Source of the DNA: Dictyostelium discoideum | Lineage: Eukaryota | Assembly (NCBI GenBank): GCA_000004695.1 | Contig: CM000151.3 | Location: 2,368,001-2,432,000, forward strand | DNA: 64,000 nucleotides | Direction of reading: 5' to 3' | In this document: positions 55,379 through 64,000 of the stretch, in pieces | How the letters are laid out: each line of letters starts with the position of its first letter | Position numbering within the stretch: position 1 is the stretch's first letter | Program-made: the position numbers and the translations under genes | The notes under the pieces: model-generated | Database searches by the model: none | The model's input: the letters and a program-made list of their open reading frames with translations, nothing else | What the model was told of the DNA's origin: nothing

Positions 55379-57625
55379 GAATCTACAGATTTCGATGGAT
55401 ATGGACCAATATTTAGTAATATTGAAAAGGTTAATTCAACAAATGAATTTGGTTGGAAATTTACAATAGATGATCCAATTAATGGTTTTGATTATGCTGA
55501 TATTATAGTTAGAGGTGAAATGGATAGTTCAACTTATAAATTCCATTTAACAACTCAAAATTTAACAAGAGGTGATAAATTTAATGGTGATTATCAAATT
55601 AATATAACTTTACCAAGTAAATGTGCATCTCAAAATTATATTATCACACAAGTTAAATTATATGATACTCAAGGTATTGGTTGCTACTTTTCAGTATCTG
55701 AATCATTTGTAGGTGGTGGTGTTAATAACCCATTTATAAATTATTTATTAGACTCAACAATAAATAAATTATATAAAAAGTGTAGTGGTGAAAATGATGG
55801 TATCGATAGTTCACCACCAATTTTAACATTATTTACACCACAAGTAGCTATTCCTGCAGATGGACATATGGAAGTATATTTCTCATTTGAAGCAACTGAT
55901 TACGAAAGTGGATTAAAAGATCTTCAATATCCAATGGTTTACGTTGAAGCAATTGAATTTCAAATATTTGAATGTGAAACAATTATTAAATCAAAGAATA
56001 TCACCTCTGCAACCTATCAATGTTACGTTTACTTACCAAGAGGTGTATTGTACACTTCAGAAATTACATTCAGTGTTTATGGATTAATTAATAATGGTGG
56101 TTGTTATGGTGGTTATTCAAGCGACTCACTAAGAATTCTATTCCCGTATAAGTTTTCAATGAAAGCAGTATCATCAGGACTTGCTAAAAGGTTAGATATC
56201 TATAGAGTTTCTCAAATTACAACAAGTGGTGGCGAATTATGGATAATAGGTGCTGGTTTCTTTTCTTCAAATCTTGTAGTATTAATTAAATATTATGGTG
56301 AATCAACATTTACACAAACATCAATACCAACTATAAGTTATCCAAATGCAATGTTAATCAATGATGTCAAACCAACTGATAAACCATTCATTATCAAAGT
56401 ACAAGAAGCTTTCTTTTCAAATGAATTCACTGTTTATCCATTAGTATTTGATATTCGTTTTGTACCACCAATTCCAACAGAATTACCAACAGAATCCCCA
56501 ACACCAAATCCATCATCATCATCTTCTTCAATAGACTCGTCATCGTCAACACCTACATCATCACCAATACCAACGAATAAACCTCAAACATGTTTAGGTG
56601 AACCATTATGTGGTGGATCAAAACAAGGATATTGTTCATCAAGTGGATGTGTTTGTTATCCACCTTGGATTGGTAATGATTGTAATTCACAAGTTATAAT
56701 TATACCACAACCATCAACAAATACATCACAACCATCAACTGAATTACCAATTATCGATAACAATAATCAAACATCAAATAGTACAAATTATTTATTCAAA
56801 TCATTGATTTCAATTGTATCATTAAGAGAATTAGATTTTAATTCAAATTAAGTTAATTTATATACATTTGATAAATGGATTTATACACCAATTAATAATA
56901 TTAAAAGTCAATACTTTACAAGTATTCAAAGTGGTGATACAAAATCAACAAATACATTAACAACCAATATTACTGTAACTTTAGAATGGTTCAATCAAAC
57001 AACAATCATTCAATTTGCAAATAATAATATAACAATGAATCCATCAAGTATTAAATATACAATTGAAATTACAGAATATAAATTTTTAAATCAATTAAAT
57101 AGTCTTCAACTTGTAATGTCAGCATTATTCGAATCATCAACTTCCAAAGATACTTGTTCATTAAAAGTATTTGGAGATACAAGCGATGGTGATAATTCAA
57201 ACTTCTTTAAAATTCAAATTGATGATCATTCACTTTATGGTAGATTCATTAAAAGAGCAATCATCGATTCAAAAGTATCTTCAATTGAAAATCAATTATT
57301 AGATTCAAAAATGAACTCAATTCAAACATCATCAATATCACAATCATTCATTGGTATTACAATACCAAATTATAAACAATCAATAATTATTGATCCAGAC
57401 TTTTCAGTATTAGTAGATAGTAAACCAGTATCAAATAATGATAATAATTCAATTTGTACATCAAATAAATCAAAACTAACAAGTTCTCAACTCGCTGGTA
57501 TTATTATTGGTTCCGTTGCTTTTGCTGCTGTCGTTGTTGTTGCAGCTTCTTATTTTATTATAAAAAAGTGGAAAGACGATAAATTTGTAAAAACATTTAA
57601 TAGAAAATTAAAAAAACTATCATAA
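52797..57625 (+). pseudogene. Type I membrane glycoprotein family, copy D. Its exons E1-E4 are divergent. It has an extra intron splitting E5, and a single in-frame TAA at 56849-56851 where the paralogues have CAA. That gives either a recent pseudogene or a truncated secreted variant lacking the TM. Exons: 52797..53187, 53266..53544, 53671..53985, 54065..54367, 54525..55247, 55389..57625.
   Basis: E1: MNKNFVLYLFYFIFLNYCNSQSLNITDISEANSYIVYPDSSNSQTCSF...SYKCE + T|GTTTGT. E2 after TTAAAAG: LIEFNSLGYKVLLTNNFKKSKSGMNGIIQFTGLKNK...SS + T|GTAGGT. E3 after TTTTTTAG: YYNVDESNSKVVIYPSESTNIIEYGYDNSPLYSVTINKT...ILNIT + A|GTAAGT. E4 after TTATTTAG: KFSKEPFVPNPFIVTYFNSDGIFLLNSSMFTITTSNQFNFL...QWPFGFGSGNNFNYNVS...NI + A|GTATGT. 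E5a after AATTATAG: IAPTVNAP...QLYVTLSS + A|GTAAGT. The intron carries (ATT)24. E5b after TCTACAG: NFDGYGPIFSNIEKVNSTNEFGWKF...FNSN*VNLY... continues in frame after the stop to ...SSQLAGIIIGSVAFAAVVVVAASYFIIKKWKDDKFVKTFNRKLKKLS*. Confidence 0.5.
55290..55380. repeat. (ATT)n microsatellite, about 30 units, inside the copy-D-specific intron.
   Basis: Direct reading. It is flanked by a GTAAGT donor (55248) and a CAG acceptor (55386-55388). Confidence 0.9.
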
Positions 57626-58554
57626 TTAACAAATAAAAAATACTGTGTATTAATTTTTTAAAAGTTTATTCCTTTTTAAAAGGAGTAGTTTAAATAAAGA
57701 TTTTTAAATAATTAATTTTTTCTATGGAATTATTTAAATAAAATTTTTAAAAAAAATATATTTAACTAGTGGATTTTATTTATTTTTAAATTGTTTTAAT
57801 TGTCTTAGAGTTTTTTTGAATTACTTTTTTTAAAAAATAAGAAAGAAACTGATACAATAACAACACAACAGATAATTCATTTGAAAAGAATTTTGAATTT
57901 TCTTGTACTTTGATAATGAATGGTTTTTCAGTTGGTTTGACATCATTAATTAACATTGTATTTGGATAAATTATAGTAGGTATTGATGTTTGTGTAAAGG
58001 TTGATTCACCATGATATTTAATTAAGACTACAAGATTATTTCATTTAATTTTTTTGTATCTACTCTATGCAAAATAGTATTTAAAAAAAAGAATTGATGT
58101 TAAGTTGGTGGTAAATTAAAATTTCTTTGTATGCTGGAAATTGAGATTCTCTAACTTTTTAATTTGAAATTATAATTGGTATAATAATAAAACTTGGGAA
58201 ACTTAATTTTAATTATCTATATGTTGAATGAATACTTTAACATCAGCCTCACTTAAATACTTCCCAGAGGTGGTAAATTTGGTGTTGATTGCAATTAATT
58301 ATTAAAAAAAATTTTTTTTTTTTTTTTTTAAAAAATATTTACTAACATAATCCACTTTTCAATTTCATAAACCAATTTCATTTTTTTAAATCTGACAACA
58401 CTGTTTAAAACTTTTTGATTGCCAAACTCTTTTTCTATATGGTTACCAAAAATCAAAGTGAGTGGTCCATGATTTTTTTAACATTATGGGTACAGTTTAT
58501 TTTGAGCATTAAAATAACAGCAGTAATGTACTCGAATTTGAAACCAATTAATTT

Positions 58555-60020
58555 TTAAGATAATGGAAATTGTGTGATAGTTTGAAATTCGAATAAATTT
58601 AATTTGGTTGCCATAGTGTTTAAGTCAATAACAGGAAGGATGATTTTAAAATTACCATTACCTTTACTATTTTGTGTGATGATGTGACCGCCATATGATA
58701 ATTCTTGGATTGATTTACCACATATACAATAACATAATAATGTTTCCAAAGTTTCATCATTGAAGCCACCAATTCTCATTCTTTGAATACGTTTTTTGAG
58801 TGAAAATCCAAATTTGGATACCATTTGAATTGAAACCGATTCATTTTCTATATCTATCAATGCATCTGAACCGTAACTATTAAAATGTTCTCTTTGTTTT
58901 ATTGAATTAAAATGATCATCTAAATCAGATATCAAATATTCCAAGTATCTTGGAACAATACCAAGATCGATAACCATTATTTTAAAAAAATTATTATCTA
59001 ATTGTGGAAAATATTTAACATTATTTTTAATTTTTAATTTTGATGACTCATATGATAATGGTTTAATATTTATATTCTCTATCTCCCATTTTGATAAAAC
59101 GATCTCTAATGAATCGGAATTGGTTCCAGTTAAAAATGGTATGATGAAAATATTGTTATTGTGTGCGTTTGATTTATTAATTTTATTACCTGTACATTTG
59201 AATGTTCCTAATGCCTATATCATTTTTTTAACGAAATTATCATATTGACTACCAAATCCTTTTGCATATTGGTGTGCCATTTGAAATTCATCAATATGAA
59301 TGAAAATTGCTAATGGTTTGGTTTGATCAGTTCTATTTTTTACAATATTCAGTAACGTATCATTTAAATTAAATAATTTATTTTCATTTCCATTTAATTT
59401 ATTTAATTTTGAATTAGAAAAAGAAAGACCTAAAACTGATCTTGAATAACCTTTTACATAATACAATTTCATCTGAATGATTTAAATCTTCAGCAACTAA
59501 AGCATCACCTCCACCATTGAAATCCATTGATATGAAAATACATTCTTTCATTATATCATTTAATGATACATAAAAAAAGGTTGGGAAATTTTTTATTTTT
59601 CACCAAAAAAAAAAAAAAAAAAAAAAAAAAATGAATACATACTCGAACAGGGTTTAACTAAATCTTGAGTTATATGTTCTTTTTTTTGAATGCTTTGAAA
59701 AAGTGAGGGTAAATCTAAAACTTTTATTTTAATTAGAACAAGGTTATTTATATTTTAAAAATTTAAAAAATTTTTACTTACTTGGGTAAACACTTTGAGG
59801 AGCTATTTCTGGAAATTTTTCATTGGACTCAACATACTTAAAACTTTTATAATCGGAATGTGTGAGAAAAATTTTGATAAATCTTGGATCAAAATTTAAT
59901 TTTTCGCCAATTAAAACTTGAAAAGAGTAATAGTAATTTATTTTATCTTTAAATCAAATAGTGAAAGTAAACTCTTTATTATTTTTACATAAATGTAATT
60001 AAAGTTTCATTTTTCATTTG
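58555..60020 (-). pseudogene. Degenerate multi-exon gene of unknown function on the minus strand. The exons are recognisable, but a frameshift and an in-frame TAG interrupt the reading frame.
   Basis: Going 5' to 3' on the minus strand: SFQVLIGEKLNFDPRFIKIFLTHSDYKSFKYVESNEKFPEIAPQSVYP|GTAAGT; ...LPSLFQSIQKKEHITQDLVKPCS|GTATGT; AG|ECIFISMDFNGGGDALVAEDLNHSDEIV; then a +1 shift into YYVKGYSRSVLGLSFSNSKL...KPLAIFIHIDEFQMAHQYAKGFGSQYDNFVKKMI; then TAG; then the same frame continues ALGTFKCTGNKINKSNAHNNNIFIIPFLTGTNSDSLEIVLSKWEIENINIKPLSYESSKLKIKNNVKYFPQLDNNFFKIMVIDLGIVPRYLEYLISDL...FQTITQFPLS* (to 58555). I recognise no domain by eye. Confidence 0.35.
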
Positions 60021-60368
60021 TAAATAAAAAATAATAATAAAGGGGGAAATAATTAATAGAGTTTTTATAAAAAAAAAAAAAAAATTAATATTGTGCGTTT
60101 TTAGCAAATTAATTGTTGAAGGGAATTTTTTTTGAAATTTCGCTTTCTAAACGGTGTACACTAAAAAAATTCACCCAAGTCAAACAAAAAAAAAAAAAAA
60201 AAAAATAAAAAAAATAAAAAAAGGGTTTAAACTCACTATAAAATATTAAAAAACTTTCCAAGTTAATCATTATGAATATTTATTTGTTTTTAATTTTAAA
60301 AATTTAAAACTACACAATAAAAATGTTTTATACTAAAATTTCTTTGAAAATAAAAAAAAATTTATTTA

Positions 60369-60373
60369 TTTTA

Positions 60374-60445
<72 letters not shown>

Positions 60446-60452
60446 AGTTTTA
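60369..60452. repeat. (ATT)n microsatellite, about 28 units.
   Basis: Direct reading. Confidence 0.9.
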
Positions 60453-61179
60453 TTGTTTATTTTATAAACAAATTACCTTTGGATGAAAGGAACAACTCTA
60501 ACAAATTTTTAATTTTTTAGGATATCCTGGGCATGGTTGGCATGGTGTAGAACCCCTTCTTTTTTGGCTGGTGCAATTGCTATTGAGTTTGTGATTACAA
60601 TATAGTTTGGTTGAGTCCATTATAAAATTGAGGTATGTTTAAATATATAAACGAAAATGATATTAATAAATAATAAATAAATAATAAATAAATAAAATAA
60701 ATATGAAAAAAAAAAAATAATAGATAAATAAAATATGAGTGAATAAAATAATTAAAGTTAAAAAAAAAAAAATCTATTTAAATACTTAAAATATTTCATT
60801 GCAACCGAGTTAATATATTTTTGATCAAAGATTTTTTTTTTATTTTATTTTTATTTTCTTTTTTTAATTTTAAAAAAAGTGGGGGAAAATATCTCCAACT
60901 GTTTTTAATTTAATATAATTTGATTTTTTTTTTTTAATTTTCTTTTTATTTCAAAAAAAGGGTAATGTTTTACAGTTAAAAAAAAAAAAATTCACTCATT
61001 ATTTTAACCAACTATAAATAAAATGAAATACAATTGTTCATTTATAAAAACTATGGCCATTATAATATTAAACCATCACATCTATATTTTTGGTTAAAAT
61101 CAAATGATCATTTTTTATTTTAAATAAAAAAACCACTTTTAGTTTATAATAATAAAAACAATTTAAAAAACATAATTAA

Positions 61180-61440
61180 TAAAACCAAAATAATAATATA
61201 ATTAATTATACATATAATAGTAATAGAAATAGAAATATTAATATCAATAGTTATAGCAATAGCTATATAGTAGTAATGGTAATAGTAATAATATAATAGT
61301 AATAACAGTAATAGCAAGAGCAATATAGTAGTAATAATAGTAATAATAGTAATAGCAATAGCAATATAGTAGTAATAATAGTAACAATAGTGATAGCAAT
61401 AGCAATATAGTAGTAATAATAGTAATAATAGCAATAATAT
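61180..61440. repeat. Imperfect minisatellite with a period of about 36 bp, built from AGTAAT/AGCAAT/AATAAT hexamers (consensus roughly AGCAATAGCAATATAGTAGTAATAATAGTAATAAT), about 6-7 units.
   Basis: Direct reading. The ORFs 61144..61434 and 61244..61468 are artefacts of this repeat. Confidence 0.8.
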
Positions 61441-61906
61441 AATGAAACCTAAAAGAATGAATGCTCATTTTCTTCTAGAGGTATTATATTTTATTATTTT
61501 AGATTGAATATAAATATTTGTACTAATTTTTTTTTTTTTTTTTTTTTTTTTTTTCTCTAATTAAAAACAAAAAACTGTTCATTGGATTTTATCGCCAAAA
61601 CCTAAACTTCTGGTCTGAAAAAAAAAAAAATCAATACCAAAAGGTGAAAAAAGAAAAAATAATAAAAAAAAAAAAAATAATAAAAAAAAAAAACAAATAA
61701 AAAAAAAAAATAAAAAAAAAAAGTGTTTGATTTGAAAAATTTAAAAAAAAATATTAAAAAGTGTTTGGTTTGGCCAATCCGCACAATAAAAAAAAAAAAG
61801 GGGGGAAATTTAAATAGAGTTTTTTTAATTTTCTATTAAACATTTTAACAAATTTATCATCTTTCCACTTTCTTATAAAAAAAGTAACTACAATTTATTA
61901 AGCTGA

Positions 61907-64000
61907 TCAGTTCATTTTTTGTAATTTACTTTGTACATTTCTTAGGAATAAATCTGATTTTCTGTTTTTCACAACCAAGTAAACAATTGATACAATAACT
62001 ACAGCAGCAAAAGCAACGGAACCAATAATAATACCAGCGAGTTGAGCACTTGTTAGTTTTGATTTATTTGATGTACAAATTGAATTATTATCATTATTTG
62101 ATACTGGTTTACTATCTACTAATACTGAAAAGTCTGGATCAATAATTATTGACTGTTTATAATTTGGTATTGTAATACCAATGAATGATTGTGATATTGA
62201 TGATGTTTGAATTGAGTTCATTTTTGAATCTAATAATTGATTTTCAATTGAAGATACTTTTGAATCGATGATTGCTCTTTTAATGAATCTACCATAAAGT
62301 GAATGATCATCAATTTGAATTTTAAAGAAGTTTGAATTATCACCATCGCTTGTATCTCCAAATTCTTTTAATGAGCAAGTATCTTTGGAATTTGATGATT
62401 CGAATAATGCTGACATTACAAGTTGAAGACTATTTAATTGATTTAAAAATTTATATTCTGTAATTTCAATTGTATATTTAATACTTGATGGATTCATTGT
62501 TATATTACTGTTAGCGAATTGAATGATTTTTGTTTGATTGAACCATTCTAAAGTTACAGTAATATTAGTTGTTAATGGATTTGTTGATTTTGGATCACCA
62601 CTTTGAATACTTGTAAAGTATTGACTTTTAATATTATTAATTGGTGTATAAATCCATTTATCAAATGTATATAAATTAACTTGATTCGAATTAAAATCTA
62701 ATTCTCTTAATGATACAATTGAAATCAATGATTTGAATAAATAATTTGTACTATTTGATGTTTGATTATTGTTATCGATAATTGGTAATTCAGTTGATGG
62801 TTGTGATGTATTTGTTGATGGTTGTGGTATAATTATAACTTGTGAATTACAATCATTACCAATCCAAGGTGGATAACAAATACATCCACTTGATGAACAA
62901 ATACCTTGTTTTGATCCACCACATACTGGTTCACCTAAACATGTTTGAGGTTTATTCGTTGGTATTGGTGATAATGGGGGTAATAATGTTGGTGTAGGTG
63001 TTAAAGAAGAAGATGATGATGATGATGATGATGAATCAATTGAAGTTGAATCGTCAGATGACAATTTAAAAGTCAATGGTAAAACATTGAATATTTTGGA
63101 CTTTTTGTTATTTGATTGATCAAATGCTTGTATAATGAAAGGTTCATCCGTTGGTTTAATATCTTCTATTAGAATAGCACTTGAATAAACTGTTGTTGGT
63201 ATTGAAATTTGTGTAAAATTTGAATCTCTATTATATTTTATATTTATTCTAATTGATAAATTTAAACCCCTTCCGACAATCCATAATTTACCACCACTAG
63301 ATGTGATTTGAGATACTCTAATGATTTCAATCTTTCTCAAAATTCCAATTTGAGTCATTGAATATTTAAATGATAAATTATTTAATGCGTCACTTGAAAA
63401 ACCACTATAATAGCCACCATTATTAATGAATCCATAAACACTGAATATAATATCTGATTTGTAACCAAATCCAGTTGGTAATTCAATTTCACATGTATAA
63501 TTTACAGTTGTTTTTGTTTTATTTTGAATTTGAGCTACACCTTGAATCACTTGTAAATCGATAGTTTGAATGTAAACTATTGGATATTGTTTATCTTTTA
63601 AACCACTTTCATTATCAGCTGCTTGAAAATCAAATGATATTATTTGATCATCATTATTTGTTCCAACTTTTTTAACAGCATTAAACCAATTTAAAATTGG
63701 TGGTGAACTATCGATACCATCATTTTCACCACTACACTTTTTATATAATTTATTTATTTTTGAATCTGATAAATAATTTATAAATGGATTTCTAATACCA
63801 CCACTAAATGATTCAGATACTGAAAATCTACAAGCATTACCTTGAGTATCATATAATTTAACTTGTGTGATAATATAATTTTGAGATGCACATCTACTTG
63901 ATATAGTGATATTAATTTGATAATCACCATTAAATTTATCACCTCTTGTTAAATTTTGAGTTGTTAAATGAAATTTATAAGTTGAACTATCCATTTCACC
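61907..64000 (-). CDS. Type I membrane glycoprotein family, copy E: the 3' portion of its large terminal exon on the minus strand, in tail-to-tail orientation with copy D. The 5' end lies beyond the window edge.
   Basis: An open frame of about 695 codons runs to the edge: ...GEMDSSTYKFHLTTQNLTRGDKFNGDYQINITISSRCASQNYIITQVKLYDTQG...SSSSSSSSSSLTPTPTLLPPLSPIPTNKPQTCLGEPVCGGSKQGICSSSGCICYPPWIGNDCNS...LAGIIIGSVAFAAVVIVSIVYLVVKNRKSDLFLRNVQSKLQKMN*, with the stop at 61907-61909. From the hinge to the TM it is nucleotide-near-identical to A/B/C/D. Confidence 0.75.
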   Translation of the reverse strand, partial: GEMDSSTYKFHLTTQNLTRGDKFNGDYQINITISSRCASQNYIITQVKLYDTQGNACRFSVSESFSGGIRNPFINYLSDSKINKLYKKCSGENDGIDSSPPILNWFNAVKKVGTNNDDQIISFDFQAADNESGLKDKQYPIVYIQTIDLQVIQGVAQIQNKTKTTVNYTCEIELPTGFGYKSDIIFSVYGFINNGGYYSGFSSDALNNLSFKYSMTQIGILRKIEIIRVSQITSSGGKLWIVGRGLNLSIRINIKYNRDSNFTQISIPTTVYSSAILIEDIKPTDEPFIIQAFDQSNNKKSKIFNVLPLTFKLSSDDSTSIDSSSSSSSSSSLTPTPTLLPPLSPIPTNKPQTCLGEPVCGGSKQGICSSSGCICYPPWIGNDCNSQVIIIPQPSTNTSQPSTELPIIDNNNQTSNSTNYLFKSLISIVSLRELDFNSNQVNLYTFDKWIYTPINNIKSQYFTSIQSGDPKSTNPLTTNITVTLEWFNQTKIIQFANSNITMNPSSIKYTIEITEYKFLNQLNSLQLVMSALFESSNSKDTCSLKEFGDTSDGDNSNFFKIQIDDHSLYGRFIKRAIIDSKVSSIENQLLDSKMNSIQTSSISQSFIGITIPNYKQSIIIDPDFSVLVDSKPVSNNDNNSICTSNKSKLTSAQLAGIIIGSVAFAAVVIVSIVYLVVKNRKSDLFLRNVQSKLQKMN

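Noticed and set aside
61144-61784. ORFs 61144..61434(-), 61244..61468(-) and 61602..61784(-).
   Set aside because: They are translations of the minisatellite and of poly-A/T tracts (Y/C/I/L or F-rich).

Overview
AT-rich (about 75-80% A+T) eukaryotic nuclear DNA with the hallmarks of a Dictyostelium discoideum-type genome. Intergenic DNA is full of homopolymer A/T tracts. Coding regions carry long (CAA)n, (AAT)n and (ATT)n tracts that encode poly-Q, poly-N and similar runs. Introns are short and AT-rich, with GTAAGT or GTATGT donors and AG acceptors, often placed right after the ATG. The ORF track reports alternative TTG/GTG starts as M, so several listed ORFs are internal pieces of multi-exon genes; I rebuilt the exon structures by hand. 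Positions 1-31.5 kb hold a compact set of mostly housekeeping genes: a CDK-like kinase with a very long Q/N/H tail, AP-3 beta adaptin, SURF1, RWDD1, an SH3 protein, ICMT, two tandem MAO-like amine oxidase genes, two small secreted Cys-rich paralogues flanking a MITE-like inverted-repeat element, a large hypothetical protein, and a tight rpl15 / dpm2 / psmD8 / srp14 cluster. From 32.2 kb to the window end lies a tandem array of five paralogous, roughly 1,380-aa type I membrane glycoprotein genes, five exons each. Copies A, B, C and D are on the + strand; copy E is on the - strand and is cut by the window edge. Their N-terminal ectodomain exons are hypervariable, but a ~1 kb membrane-proximal module (mucin-like hinge, EGF-like Cys knot, stalk) is near-identical at the nucleotide level in all five copies. 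That pattern suggests gene conversion acting on a diversifying receptor/adhesion family. I cannot assign the family by eye; tgr-like (IPT/TIG) or psi-like (PA14) families are guesses to test. Copy D carries a single premature TAA and an extra intron with an (ATT)n tract. Between copies A and B are a family gene fragment with an internal deletion and an importin-alpha-like pseudogene. That pseudogene has a 733-bp block inverted between perfect 33-bp inverted duplications, the signature of an inversion made by staggered breaks. I had no tools; all coordinates come from manual reading and carry roughly +/-3 nt uncertainty where I say so.
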